64,000 nt of DNA from SAR86 cluster bacterium (GCA_002401885.1 NVUL01000044.1:7680-71679); one strand, 5' to 3'; counted from the first letter of the stretch, positions 25,762 through 36,125 are shown. Numbers and translations are program-made. Notes: generated by a model not told the origin, from the letters alone.

Positions 25762-27993
25762 ATGTTCTCGCTTGAAAAATTACTAATTCCGAAAGACTCC
25801 CGATTTCAACTGTTCGGACGTGCTGCCTGCCTGACACTTATTGCGCTGCTTGCGCTGCCGGTCTCTGCTCAGCGACAGGGTGGCAATGGCGCCATAGAAG
25901 GTATTGTGCAAAGCGGCAATGGTAACGAGGCCGGAGTTTGGGTAATTGCGGAGACGGATGACCTGCCAACTCACTTCATCAAGATTGTAGTCACCGACGA
26001 CGAGGGTCGGTTTGTTCTGCCCGAACTGCCTGATGCCTTATATAAGGTGTGGGTAAGAGGTTACGGTTTGGTCGATTCCAAGCCAGTATCCTTGCGAGTG
26101 GGTGCCGACGTTACGTTGAACACGTTCGTTGCAGGATCCCCTATCGAGGCAGCACAGGTCTATCCCGCAAACTATTGGTATTCCTTGCTCGAGGTGCCCG
26201 ATGCCAGCGAATTTCCTGGAACCGGAGATGCTGGCAATGGCATCTCCGAGAGCATGCGCAGCCAGAACCAGTGGATCGACATGACGAAACAGGGCTGTCA
26301 GCTCTGCCATCAACTCGGCAACAAATTGACCCGCTCAACAGATCACCTTGACCATCTTGGATTCGAGACCAGTGTCGAGGCTTGGCACTATCGGACAGCT
26401 ATTGGTATTCGTGGGCCTTTCATGAGTGCCTTCGCTGGTCGTTTCGGGCGCGAGCGCGGCATGGCAATGTACGCCGACTGGACCGACCGCATCGCTGCCG
26501 GTGAAGTGCCAGTTGCTCCTGAGCGTCCCAGTGGCATAGAGCGCAACGTGGTGCTTACGCTGTGGGATTGGGGCAATGAGTCCTCGTACATTCATGATGA
26601 GATTGTCACCGACAAGCGAGATGTTTCGATCAACGCGGGGGGCAAGGTCTACGGAGTCGACGGTGGACACGGGACACTGCTGGAGCTGGATACACAAACC
26701 AACGAATACCGCACCATCGAAATTGCGGTAAAAGATAATCCGGATAATCCGGCGGTGACGCGCTTCGCTCAACAGTTTCCAGTTCCTTCTGTTTTCTATG
26801 AGGATGAAGCCCTTTGGCAGGGGCCGGCAGATCCGCACAATCCGATGATGGATGAATTGGGTCGAATCTGGATGACGACGAAAGTGCGTGGAGATGTATT
26901 GCCCGAGTGGTGCCAGCAAGGCTCGTCCAATAAATTCGCTCAATACTATCCAACACGAAGAAGCTCTCGGCAGGCCTCCTACTATGATCCGGCTACGGAG
27001 TCTTTCGGTTTGATCGACACCTGCTTCGGCACACACCATCTGCAGTTTGCTGGTGATGAAGATCGCACACTGTATTTCAGCGGTGGTGGCGATGTGATGG
27101 GTTGGATCAACACCAAGCTCTTCGATCGCACGGGCGATGAGCAATTGTCTCAGGGCTGGTGTCCTATGGTGGTAGACACAAATGGCGATGGCCGCATTAC
27201 CAAGCCGTGGAATCAACCGGTCGGCGCCCTGCGTAGCGTTGGCGAGGGCGGCGGCGGAGAGGTGCTCACCGACATCGACCCGACTCTGGACACGCGCATG
27301 AGCCCCGGCAGTTATGGTGTCATCGTCAACCAAGTTGATAATGTAGCCTGGGGCGGTGGCACGGAGTTTCCCGGTCGTATCTACCGCTTCGACAAGGGCG
27401 ACAATCCGCCGGAGACTTGTATTACGGAAGTGTATGAGGTGCCAGTCATCGATGGAGAGGTTGAAGGCTTTGGTCCGCGCGGAATCGACGTGGATAAGAA
27501 CGGCGTCATCTGGACAGCGCTATCGGGCAGCAGTCATCTGGCCAGCTTCGATCGCAGCAAGTGTGAGGTGATGAATGGTCCAACCGTTGTTAATTCTCAG
27601 CATTGCCAGGAGGGCTGGACTCTCTACGAAGTGCCGGGTCCCACACTTAAAGGCACCGATGTCAAGGCAGACTTTCATTACTATAACTGGGTGGACAATT
27701 TTAATACGCTTGGGCTAGGTGAGAATTTGCCGATCGCTAACGGTTCGGGTTCCGATTCCTTGCAGGTTCTAAACCCGGAAACCGAGGAGTGGGTTATCAT
27801 GAGGGTGCCTTACCCGCTCGGATTCTATTCTCGCGGGCTAGACGGCCGTATCGATGATCCTGATACAGGGTGGAAAGGCCGCGGCGTCTGGGCGAACTAT
27901 GGAACGAACTTCAATTGGCACACGGAAGGGGGCAAGGGCACGACCAGCAAGATGGTCAAGTTTCAAGTTCGGCCTGATCCGCTAGCCAAATAA
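25762..27993 (+). CDS. exported CarboxypepD_reg-like domain protein with a monohaem cytochrome c motif
   Basis: AGGAG Shine-Dalgarno and signal ...LLALPVSAQ. The segment IEGIVQSGNGNEAGVWVIAE...DDEGRFVLPELPDALYKVWVRGYG matches the carboxypeptidase-regulatory fold pattern. CQLCHQLG follows, then a ~500-aa region with propeller-like G.IWxT segments. Confidence 0.75.
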   Translation: MFSLEKLLIPKDSRFQLFGRAACLTLIALLALPVSAQRQGGNGAIEGIVQSGNGNEAGVWVIAETDDLPTHFIKIVVTDDEGRFVLPELPDALYKVWVRGYGLVDSKPVSLRVGADVTLNTFVAGSPIEAAQVYPANYWYSLLEVPDASEFPGTGDAGNGISESMRSQNQWIDMTKQGCQLCHQLGNKLTRSTDHLDHLGFETSVEAWHYRTAIGIRGPFMSAFAGRFGRERGMAMYADWTDRIAAGEVPVAPERPSGIERNVVLTLWDWGNESSYIHDEIVTDKRDVSINAGGKVYGVDGGHGTLLELDTQTNEYRTIEIAVKDNPDNPAVTRFAQQFPVPSVFYEDEALWQGPADPHNPMMDELGRIWMTTKVRGDVLPEWCQQGSSNKFAQYYPTRRSSRQASYYDPATESFGLIDTCFGTHHLQFAGDEDRTLYFSGGGDVMGWINTKLFDRTGDEQLSQGWCPMVVDTNGDGRITKPWNQPVGALRSVGEGGGGEVLTDIDPTLDTRMSPGSYGVIVNQVDNVAWGGGTEFPGRIYRFDKGDNPPETCITEVYEVPVIDGEVEGFGPRGIDVDKNGVIWTALSGSSHLASFDRSKCEVMNGPTVVNSQHCQEGWTLYEVPGPTLKGTDVKADFHYYNWVDNFNTLGLGENLPIANGSGSDSLQVLNPETEEWVIMRVPYPLGFYSRGLDGRIDDPDTGWKGRGVWANYGTNFNWHTEGGKGTTSKMVKFQVRPDPLAK

Positions 27994-29369
27994 TGAATCT
28001 ATCGTCATTCGCACGTGCAATTCTCTGCCTGTTCATTTCTGTTGGACAGGCGGTAGCACAACCTCCAGACAATTTCCGCGACGCTTCCTCAGAACAATTA
28101 TTCTTCAATGCGCGAATCATTACGGGGGATGGCGCCGTTATTGAGCAGGGTTCTGTGTTGGTTCGTGGTGACACAATTCTGGCAGTGGGTTCTACGTCGA
28201 GCATCGATACCTCTCAGCACGCTATTCGCCATGATCTGAGCGGCAAGACAATCATTCCCGCTCTGGTCAATACTCATGCCCACCTTGGCTGGGAGGCGTA
28301 CGGTGATTGGGGCTCTCAATTCTTTACCGCAGAGAATCTAGCCGATCACCTATTCCGTCATGCTTTCTATGGTGTAGGGACGATCATTTCCACCGGTAGC
28401 GATAAGGAAGAACTTGCCGCGCTGGTAAAACTGGAACAGTTGAAGGGAAATATCGGTGGAGCTCGTTATCATCTGTCGCCAGGCATGGGCACACCGGGTG
28501 GCGGCCCTAACCCGCGCTTTACGGACGATCCTGATTACTGGGGAGTGCATCCGGTAGCTGATCCCGAGCAAGCAGTCAGGACTGTAAAAGAGCTAGCTGC
28601 GAACGGATATGGGATCGCCAAGATCTGGGTAGACTCTCGAGATGAGCGCCGCGGGGCACAAGTAAAACTCGCACCGGAAATCTATACGGCAGTTCTGGAG
28701 ACTGCTTCGAGTTACGACATGCGAATCATCGCCCATGCCACCACGCTGGCGGATCACAAGTCTCTAGTTAATCTAGGCAATAGACGCTTCATTCATATGC
28801 CCTATGATAGAGAAGTGGACGATGAGTACCTTGAAATGATTCGAGAGAATAATGTCTACATCGTTCCGACACTGGGTATGATTACCAAGCGCGAGCCCTA
28901 CTATATTCCAGCGTTTCAGGACCCATTCTTCTACGATCAGGTGCCTGCGTCGGTGCTTGAGTCGCTAAACGACAACTACAACCCACCACCGGCGGATCAG
29001 AGCGCTGCGGCAGAACAACGCTCAGCCATGCTGGCTAGAAATTTAGCAAAGCTGAAAGATCACATAATCCTTGGCACAGACGCAGGAGCGGTGGGTGATT
29101 TTTTCGGCTATGCCGACCACGTTGAACTGGAACTGTTCGTACGCATGGGCATGAGCCCGGCGGAGGCTATTGTTGCATCGACTTCGCGTTCCGCTGAAGC
29201 ATTCGGGCTAAATAGCGTAGGTAGTCTCAAAGCGGGAAAGGCGGCAGACTTCATGATTCTCGATGCAAACCCGCTAGATGATATTCGTAATACGCGGCAG
29301 ATCATTGATGTCTATCTGCGCGGCAAAAGAGTAGATCGGGAAGCACTAAAACAACAATGGAGCCAGTAA
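27993..29369 (+). CDS. periplasmic amidohydrolase-superfamily metallohydrolase
   Basis: Signal ...SVGQAVAQ and metal motif PALVNTHAHLGWE. The ATG overlaps the previous TAA by 1 nt. Confidence 0.88.
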   Translation: MNLSSFARAILCLFISVGQAVAQPPDNFRDASSEQLFFNARIITGDGAVIEQGSVLVRGDTILAVGSTSSIDTSQHAIRHDLSGKTIIPALVNTHAHLGWEAYGDWGSQFFTAENLADHLFRHAFYGVGTIISTGSDKEELAALVKLEQLKGNIGGARYHLSPGMGTPGGGPNPRFTDDPDYWGVHPVADPEQAVRTVKELAANGYGIAKIWVDSRDERRGAQVKLAPEIYTAVLETASSYDMRIIAHATTLADHKSLVNLGNRRFIHMPYDREVDDEYLEMIRENNVYIVPTLGMITKREPYYIPAFQDPFFYDQVPASVLESLNDNYNPPPADQSAAAEQRSAMLARNLAKLKDHIILGTDAGAVGDFFGYADHVELELFVRMGMSPAEAIVASTSRSAEAFGLNSVGSLKAGKAADFMILDANPLDDIRNTRQIIDVYLRGKRVDREALKQQWSQ

Positions 29370-29370
29370 G

Positions 29371-31344
29371 ATGAATAATTTACACCACAATCGTCATAAG
29401 GTGTTGGCGGGTGCGCTAGGCGCTTTATTTTTTTCTGCGCCCTTATTGGTTTTCGCGCAGGATGGCAATCGCGAAGGAGAATGGCCTAGTTATGCGGCCG
29501 ATTCCGGCTCCACGAAGTACACCAGCCTCAGTCAGATAGACGAAACAAATTTCGCAGAGTTGGAAATCGCCTGGCGCTGGAAGTCTATCGATGCGGATCT
29601 CAACCTGGGTGAGTTGGTGGAGGGAGGCGACGATATCAATTTCGGGCGATTGCAAGCCACGCCGCTAATGGTCGATGGCGTGCTCTACATGCTTACGGCT
29701 TTGAACCAGGTGGCGGCGATGGATGCGGCGAGCGGCACGATGCTCTGGTCCCACGACCCACAGGTTTACTTGTCAGGTCCTTCCATGAGCCCCCTCGGAT
29801 TCCATCACCGAGGCGTTGCCTACTGGGGCGATGGCGAGCAGTCGCGCATCTTGCTTGCCACCAACGATGGCTACATTACCTCACTCGACGCCGACACCGG
29901 CAGCGTCGATGAGAATTTCGCTGGCGGCCGCATCGACATGACCGATGGAATACCACGTGCGCAGCGAGATGTGATGGACTGGCAGGGCGCCCAACCCGTC
30001 GGGTCGGTTTCGCCTCCTGTAGTTGTGGGAGATACTCTAGTAGTTCAGCAGATCACCTCCAATCGACCTCACTTCAAGGAGCGGCCGCCTACCTGGATAC
30101 GGGGATACGACATTCCCACAGGTGAATTGAAATGGACCTTTCACGGTATTCCGCAGCAGGGCGAGTTTGGTGTTGAAACCTGGCAGGAAGAGTCCTGGCG
30201 TTACACAGGTAACGGTGGCGTGTGGACGCAAATGAGCGCCGATCTGGAACTCGGTTATATCTATCTACCGATGGAAGCACCAACGAATGACTTCTATGGG
30301 GGTCACCGACCCGGAGATAATCTGTTTACGCAAAGTCTGGTTGCGCTGGATGCTGACACAGGGGAGCGGGTCTGGCACTTCCAGATGGTGCATCATGGCA
30401 TCTGGGACTACGATACGCCCGCTGCACCTAACTTGATGGACATTACGGTAGACGGTAGAGAGATCAAGGCTATTGCCCAGGTCACGAAGCAGGGATTTAC
30501 CTATGTATTCGATCGCGCTACCGGCGTTCCCGTTTGGCCAATAATAGAAAGAGAAGTGCCCCCTTCTACCATACCGGGTGAGAGAGCGTCACCGACTCAG
30601 CCCTTTCCAACCAAACCTCCGGCCTTCGCTCCACAAGGTTTGACTATCGATGACCTTATAGATTTCACGCCGGAACTAAGAGCCGAGGCAATCGAAATTC
30701 TAAACGCCTATACCTACGGACCAATATTCACCCCGCCCACGTTGCCGCGCGATGATGGCCATCGTGGCACTATATTGCGGCCGGGAGCAGGTGGCGGTGC
30801 CAACTGGCCCGGCGCCGGCATCGATCCAAAAGTCGGGGTCTTATTTATCCCTTCGGCAGATAATCCTACGGTTCCCTTTATGGGGACACTTGCCCCGGGC
30901 GAAACGAATTTCAACTATTACCGCCTCGCGAATCAGGGCGTGCGCGGACCGCAGGGCTTGCCACTATTGAAACCCCCGTACGCAACGATTACGGCCATCG
31001 ACATGAACGATGGAGAGATTCTGTGGCAAGTTGCCAACGGCGACGGTTCGGCACGAGTAGAAAATAATCCCGCGGTGGAGGGTGTTGATCTGCCACCCCT
31101 GGGTGGTGGAGGCCGTCATCCAGTGCTCGTAACATCCACGCTTTTAATACATGCACAGAACACGAGTGATGGACCCAAGTTGATTGCAAGAGACAAATCG
31201 AACGGGCAGGAGCTCGCGTCGATAGACCTTCCAGCCAATGCCAGTGCAGCTCCGATGAGCTTCTCGGTAGATGACAAGCAATTCATTGCTCTCAGTGTGT
31301 CAGGCCAACCAGCGCCAGAGTTAGTTGTCTATGCATTGCCGTGA
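29371..31344 (+). CDS. soluble PQQ-dependent dehydrogenase, paralog 3
   Basis: Signal ...PLLVFAQ. It starts 1 nt after the amidohydrolase stop. Conserved box RVWHFQMVHHGIWDYDTPAAP, plus TKQGFTYVFDRATGVPVWP. Confidence 0.9.
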   Translation: MNNLHHNRHKVLAGALGALFFSAPLLVFAQDGNREGEWPSYAADSGSTKYTSLSQIDETNFAELEIAWRWKSIDADLNLGELVEGGDDINFGRLQATPLMVDGVLYMLTALNQVAAMDAASGTMLWSHDPQVYLSGPSMSPLGFHHRGVAYWGDGEQSRILLATNDGYITSLDADTGSVDENFAGGRIDMTDGIPRAQRDVMDWQGAQPVGSVSPPVVVGDTLVVQQITSNRPHFKERPPTWIRGYDIPTGELKWTFHGIPQQGEFGVETWQEESWRYTGNGGVWTQMSADLELGYIYLPMEAPTNDFYGGHRPGDNLFTQSLVALDADTGERVWHFQMVHHGIWDYDTPAAPNLMDITVDGREIKAIAQVTKQGFTYVFDRATGVPVWPIIEREVPPSTIPGERASPTQPFPTKPPAFAPQGLTIDDLIDFTPELRAEAIEILNAYTYGPIFTPPTLPRDDGHRGTILRPGAGGGANWPGAGIDPKVGVLFIPSADNPTVPFMGTLAPGETNFNYYRLANQGVRGPQGLPLLKPPYATITAIDMNDGEILWQVANGDGSARVENNPAVEGVDLPPLGGGGRHPVLVTSTLLIHAQNTSDGPKLIARDKSNGQELASIDLPANASAAPMSFSVDDKQFIALSVSGQPAPELVVYALP

Positions 31345-31352
31345 TCGTTGGG

Positions 31353-32438
31353 TCATTCTTCAATAGCATGCAATGTCTTGTAGGCTGTTGGTGTTATCCC
31401 TTTCAAATTTTTGAATGCCTGATTGAAAGTGGAGATTGATGCGTAGCCAACATCTTGGGCGATGATGGAAATGTTTCGGTGCTTGGATCTCTTGCCGAGG
31501 AGTACGCAGGATTCAGTGATTCGGTAGTGATTTAGAAATTGGTTAAAATTTTTGTAACCTAGCTCTCTGTTTATAATCACCCTGAGTTTATATTCCTGTA
31601 CCGCAAGAAGTTTCGCTAATTGGCCTATGGTTAATTCTGTCTCAGCGAAAAGCTTTTCTTCTATCATTCTTCGGTCTAACTCTCTCACTAGTTCAAGATC
31701 AGATTCTGCTAATCGTAATTCTTGGATCGGTTTTGACTCGGTTTCGAGCTCTGAGCTAGCAACAATCAATTGAGAGTTTGGGGCAAGTCGAAATATCAGT
31801 AAGTTAGTAATAAGTAAGAATAAGAAAATTAGTGAGACGCTAACCACTACCGCTACTTGCGTAAAGCGTTCCGCCCCTTCCTCGCTCAGGAAACCGGGCG
31901 CTAATAGTCCCGCTACTAGAAGCGCCATCACAACACCCATGCCTGCTGCGAACGGGCCTCTAATTCTTCTCCTCTCTTCCAATAGATCATTGCTGATTTC
32001 ATTCGTGGCCATAGCAATAACATGTAACGCCAAGCCAAACGCGACAAGCAGGCCCAGCGCATTCAAGGTAGAGAGAAACGCGGTGTCCGCTACGCCATAA
32101 ATCTGATCGAGAAAAGTGGCGAAGCCCCTAGCCAATTGATAGCCGATGAGGACGCACCACGCCAATGGTGTTACTTTTCCGTCATCTATAAACAGAGCGT
32201 GAGCGAGAAGCCATAATATTGCCGGTGTGGCAGCACCAACTCTACCCATAAAATAGTTTAGATAGAGAAGATCAGGATTGGTGAAATCGGGCAATACGGC
32301 CGGAATCAAACAAAAGCAGAGCAGTGATACAAGAAATCCAAGTCGCGACTTTCTGAAATAACAAAAATAGAACAAGCCGGTAAGTACAAGCTGGGAAAGT
32401 GCCAAATAGCTCATCGCTGTGAAGAATAGCTGTATCAA
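31353..32438 (-). CDS. membrane-bound AraC-family transcriptional regulator
   Basis: About 6-7 N-terminal TM helices. The C-terminal HTH_AraC region reads LFAETELTIGQLAKLLAVQEYKLRVIINRELGYKNFNQFLNHYR...IAQDVGYASISTFNQAFKNLKGITPTAYK. The start is uncertain (TTG at 32438 or ATG at 32414). Confidence 0.85.
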   Translation of the reverse strand: MIQLFFTAMSYLALSQLVLTGLFYFCYFRKSRLGFLVSLLCFCLIPAVLPDFTNPDLLYLNYFMGRVGAATPAILWLLAHALFIDDGKVTPLAWCVLIGYQLARGFATFLDQIYGVADTAFLSTLNALGLLVAFGLALHVIAMATNEISNDLLEERRRIRGPFAAGMGVVMALLVAGLLAPGFLSEEGAERFTQVAVVVSVSLIFLFLLITNLLIFRLAPNSQLIVASSELETESKPIQELRLAESDLELVRELDRRMIEEKLFAETELTIGQLAKLLAVQEYKLRVIINRELGYKNFNQFLNHYRITESCVLLGKRSKHRNISIIAQDVGYASISTFNQAFKNLKGITPTAYKTLHAIEE

Positions 32439-32703
32439 ATGGAAGGTTCACGGTGTAGTTCTTTTAGGGGCGGAGTTATAGCATTGATCTTGTCGCTCCC
32501 GCAATTTCCTGAATGCATCAGGAGAATGAAAGAAAAAACGAACAGATTTTTTATTTGATTGCGGAAAATGTGGCCGAGGATTTGAGCGCGCCTGTTTTGT
32601 ACTCTTTTCAATTCCAATTTTGAGGCTGGCTCGGGATGAATGTCTGAGCTAAGCTGAAGCGGTTCGATACAAATCTTGATTAAATAAAAACAAGGAGATT
32701 TTC

Positions 32704-33339
32704 ATGAACACTTTCACTAAATCCCTTCTCGCTGCACAGATCGCGCTAACGGGTGCAGTTGCAGTGGCACAGGATGACCAAACTTACGCAACCTATATTA
32801 CCGAAGAACAGTGGCAGATGGTGAACGAGCTTCCCGGGGTAGATCGCCAGATCGTCAGCCGTGACATCGGCAAGCTAAATCTCTCGGTTGGAATCATCCA
32901 TCGAGGACCAGTCGAGCGAGCGAGTGGCCAGTCCACACCAAACCCAGATCGACCCTGCGGCGTAAGCAACAGCAATCGCAACAGTAATGCGCGCGGCATC
33001 ATGCACTACGACCAGACGGAAACGTATTACATCGCCTCTGGATCCGGCACGCTGGTCACCGGCGGCACTATCCTGAACGGCAATGCATTCGCACCAGACA
33101 GCAATGTCACTACTGTCCTGAATGGCCCGTCTTGCAGCGGTGTGATCGTTGGTGACTGGATAGCCAAGCACGTGAAAGAAGGCGATATAATTATCATCCC
33201 CGCTGGAACTCCCCATGGTTGGCTAGAGGTGCCCGTGCATGTCGACTACCTGTCGGTACGCCCTGATCCGGACCGTGTTCTCTCAGACAGCTACATCAAT
33301 CCAGCGCTGGGCAGTGATTTTAAGATCAAAACCGAGTAA
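32704..33339 (+). CDS. exported cupin-domain protein
   Basis: AAGGAG Shine-Dalgarno and signal ...LTGAVAVAQ. Cupin motifs MHYDQTETYYIASGSG and GDIIIIPAGTPHGW. Confidence 0.7.
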   Translation: MNTFTKSLLAAQIALTGAVAVAQDDQTYATYITEEQWQMVNELPGVDRQIVSRDIGKLNLSVGIIHRGPVERASGQSTPNPDRPCGVSNSNRNSNARGIMHYDQTETYYIASGSGTLVTGGTILNGNAFAPDSNVTTVLNGPSCSGVIVGDWIAKHVKEGDIIIIPAGTPHGWLEVPVHVDYLSVRPDPDRVLSDSYINPALGSDFKIKTE

Positions 33340-33555
33340 GGCTGCCGCGAACCTCGCCAGTGGGCAATCTAGATCGATTGCACCGAATCGGAGCTAGGTC
33401 TCGGATGAGTCCCTAATAGTATGAGCTGGACGGCGCATTTCATGCGCGCCGCTATCCTTTCAAAACGCTGGACAAGTGCCTACAGGGGCGATACCTTCTG
33501 TGGGCTCAACAAGTTCCATCTACATTAATTCAGTGCCCCCGCACGGGAGAGAAAA

Positions 33556-34716
33556 ATGATAAGAAAGTCCCTTTTTAACCTGACGCTCACAGCAGCGCTC
33601 GCATTCTTTGCCAGCTCCGCCAGCGTTTTCGCCCAAAACCTAGAATCGGTTATGCCGTTCAAGGTTGGAACATTTGCCATCGATGGTATTCCGACAGTTG
33701 GCCTAGTGGTGCAGAACGACGAGTTGATCGTCGATCTTGCTGCCGCAAATCGCGCCCTCGAGCTCATACCTCGCTACGCCAGATTAACTATACCTGCCGA
33801 TATGATTGGGTTGATCTCACAATACGAATACGGATTAAAGTACCGTGTCTACGAGATCGTGAACCATCTCGTGGCTGAGGATCTGTTGAATGGTAATCTG
33901 CCAAACTACGTGCACTCTGTTGCTTCCGTGGACATCTTGGCGCCGATTCTATATCCAAGCAAGCTCATGAATGCGGCCGTGAACTTCTACACTCACGCCT
34001 GTGAAGGCTGCAACGACGATGAGCGAGCCGCTCAGACTCGCGAGCGTCAAGTGAACCGCGGCGTTCCGTATCTATTTCTGAAGCCTACTCGCGGCGCAAT
34101 CATCGGTGACGGTGACGACATCCTGATGCCTTTCGGTCGTGACCGTATTGAGTGGGAGGTCGAGATGGCTATTGTATTTGGCCGCTCAGGCAAATACATC
34201 TCCTCAGACCGAGCCTACGATCATGTATTTGGTTACATGGTAGCGATGGATATCTCCGACCGCGGTGGTCGTCCGCCAGGTGGCTACGGCTCCGGTTCAG
34301 ACTGGTTTGTCGGCAAGGGTCATGACACATTCGCACCACATGGCCCTTGGATCGTGCCAAAGGAATTCTACGGCGATCCGATGGAGCGTCTACATCAGAC
34401 TCTGGTTATTGACGGCGTGACTGTTCAAGAAGCTCGAGCTGGTGACATGATCCACAACATCCCCGAGCTGATCGAGTATGCCTCTTCGCTGATCACTATC
34501 TTCCCAGGTGATGTTCTGCAGAGCGGAACGTCTGGTGGAACGGGAGCGGGCCGAGTTGAGCGCGCGACTGGCTCCGGCTATCTTGTAGATGGAGAGAAAA
34601 TTGAGGCTAGCATCGAGGGAATCGGCACGCTACACCACACGGTTAGACTCGAGCAAAGTGTTCCAGACGATCTGTCTGGCTCACAGCTGCCACCGGTTAG
34701 GTCATATAGAAACTAG
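33556..34716 (+). CDS. fumarylacetoacetate hydrolase (FAH) family protein with a Sec signal peptide
   Basis: Signal MIRKSLFNLTLTAALAFFASSASVFAQ. FAH motifs: FLKPTRGAIIGDGDDILMP, EVEMAIVFG, GKGHDTFAPHGPWIV, MIHNIPELIEYASSLITIFPGDVLQSGTSGG. Confidence 0.88.
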   Translation: MIRKSLFNLTLTAALAFFASSASVFAQNLESVMPFKVGTFAIDGIPTVGLVVQNDELIVDLAAANRALELIPRYARLTIPADMIGLISQYEYGLKYRVYEIVNHLVAEDLLNGNLPNYVHSVASVDILAPILYPSKLMNAAVNFYTHACEGCNDDERAAQTRERQVNRGVPYLFLKPTRGAIIGDGDDILMPFGRDRIEWEVEMAIVFGRSGKYISSDRAYDHVFGYMVAMDISDRGGRPPGGYGSGSDWFVGKGHDTFAPHGPWIVPKEFYGDPMERLHQTLVIDGVTVQEARAGDMIHNIPELIEYASSLITIFPGDVLQSGTSGGTGAGRVERATGSGYLVDGEKIEASIEGIGTLHHTVRLEQSVPDDLSGSQLPPVRSYRN

Positions 34717-34761
34717 CCAGTAGCAACTAAGTACTCTTAAGTACTTTATGGAACAAAGAAA

Positions 34762-34800
34762 GGGCGGATTTCATTTGTAAGAATGAATCCGCCTTTTTTG
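34762..34800 (+). terminator. intrinsic terminator after the FAH gene
   Basis: GGGCGGATTTCATT-TGTAAG-AATGAATCCGCC hairpin followed by TTTTTTGTTTTT. Confidence 0.75.
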
Positions 34801-34820
34801 TTTTTCCCTGATCCAGTTTG

Positions 34821-35140
34821 TTAGAAACTTGGTGCTCATTTGGCGTTCTAAATGCCATCCCCAGACCTGACTCGATCCATTCTATTGCGGACGACACAAA
34901 ACTCTTTCTTGGAAATGGTCGCCCTCAATGCATTCCGCTATTCTCGCGCTATCGTCGAGACTGTCCCATAAATGAACACACACTGTCCCGCATATGACAC
35001 TCCAGCCCTGTCAAACTCCTCAGACCAATCTTTCCCCCCAGTAAACTCGGTAACGCTAGAACTGGCCCATTCCTTGCAATATTAATTACCAGACTAAAGT
35101 CGATAAGGAGTTCATCTCCATGATCTAGGAGTTTCTTAGT
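34821..35140 (-). pseudogene. decayed C-terminal remnant of an AAC(3)-type acetyltransferase gene (paralog of 37170..37916)
   Basis: Reverse-strand translations align with the intact gene in three pieces. ARNGPVLAL aligns with ELNGAVLRL, and DSLDDSARIAECIEGDHF aligns with NSLDDSDGIAEWSEGDYF. In a different frame, FPRKSFVSSAIEWIESGL..FRTP aligns with FPATSFVEFAKEWIESNLRLESRTP. About 75 nt are missing between two GGAAATAGT-like repeats, an in-frame TAG is present, and there is no 5' half. Confidence 0.6.
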
Positions 35141-35159
35141 TATCGATAAGGAGATTCTG

Positions 35160-36125
35160 ATGAAATTGCTACGCAAAATAATTGACATAGAAATAGAAAA
35201 AGCAATGCGAGGTGGAAAAACCCTGAGGGCAAAAAGTACGCTGAAAATGAGTTTGATTCTTGCCGTTTCTCTACTGATCTTTATGCCAGCCGCATTTGCA
35301 CAAGATAAATTGCAGCAAGGCATAGACGCTTTTAATAACGCCGAGTACTTTGAAGCCCATGTCCTATTAGATGAATTGGTAGCGGAGAATGAAACCAATG
35401 CCGTCTTTCAGTATTACTATGGTTTAAGTCTGCTTAGGATTGACCAAGCCAAACAAGCACTCGGTGTGCTCGAAAACGCTGTGGAATTGAACCCGAATGA
35501 TGCGGAATATCACTATGCGTTAGCGAGCGCCTATGTTGCTCGGGCAAATGAGTTAAGTATTTTACGCGCAATGAGTATGGGAAGGACCTATAAGAGAACC
35601 TTGCTCAAAGCAGTGGAGCTTGATGCGTCTCATGTTGGTGCCACCAGAGCGCTAACGGATTATTTTCTTGGTTTTCCTAGAGTTATCGGCGGTAACGAAA
35701 AGGCAGGTCGCGCCCTACTACAAACATTGAAGGAGTTAGACGCTACTTCTGCCGTAGAAGCAGAGGCTCTAAATGAATGGGGTAACGATATTGAGCGTGC
35801 CGAAGAGTTGTTCTTAACGGCTGTTAGCATGCCGGGTGGTAGCGCTAGCATACGACTTAGTTTAGGTAAATTCTATTTAGACGACAAGCGATACAGTGAA
35901 GCGATACCTCACTTGCACCAATTTATTGATTTTCCTAAGACCCATTGGTCAGACTCAGATAGCATCAGCAAGGGGCACACATTTCTGGCAGCAGCCTATC
36001 ATTTTTTAAATGACGAATCGAAATTTAGCGAACACAAATTGGCGGCTGAGGAAACAAGTTTGACGGAAAAGGATAGAAGGACTATCAAAGCCTGGTTCGA
36101 GCATTGGGATATTGAATACAACTAG
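35160..36125 (+). CDS. TPR-repeat protein, exported or anchored
   Basis: AAGGAG Shine-Dalgarno. Hydrophobic segment MSLILAVSLLIFMPAAFAQ. TPR-like helices (FEAHVLLDELVAENETNAVFQYYYGLSLL, ALGVLENAVELNPNDAEYHYALASAYVARAN). Confidence 0.75.
   Translation: MKLLRKIIDIEIEKAMRGGKTLRAKSTLKMSLILAVSLLIFMPAAFAQDKLQQGIDAFNNAEYFEAHVLLDELVAENETNAVFQYYYGLSLLRIDQAKQALGVLENAVELNPNDAEYHYALASAYVARANELSILRAMSMGRTYKRTLLKAVELDASHVGATRALTDYFLGFPRVIGGNEKAGRALLQTLKELDATSAVEAEALNEWGNDIERAEELFLTAVSMPGGSASIRLSLGKFYLDDKRYSEAIPHLHQFIDFPKTHWSDSDSISKGHTFLAAAYHFLNDESKFSEHKLAAEETSLTEKDRRTIKAWFEHWDIEYN

Noticed and set aside
26335-27333. 332-aa ORF antisense to the 743-aa CarboxypepD_reg/cytochrome gene
   Set aside because: It has no recognisable motif, and its Arg/His/Ile-rich composition is typical of a shadow frame. 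The sense frame has a Shine-Dalgarno, a signal peptide, a haem motif and translational coupling to downstream genes.
29371-31344. The D-Y-D motif in PQQ paralogs 3 and 5 as a lanthanide (XoxF/PedH-type) signature
   Set aside because: The diagnostic DYD applies to the methanol/ethanol dehydrogenase branch (HDEWDY(A/D)G). These proteins carry the glucose-dehydrogenase-type box HHD.WD.D.P, where D-x-D is the normal Ca-type sequence.
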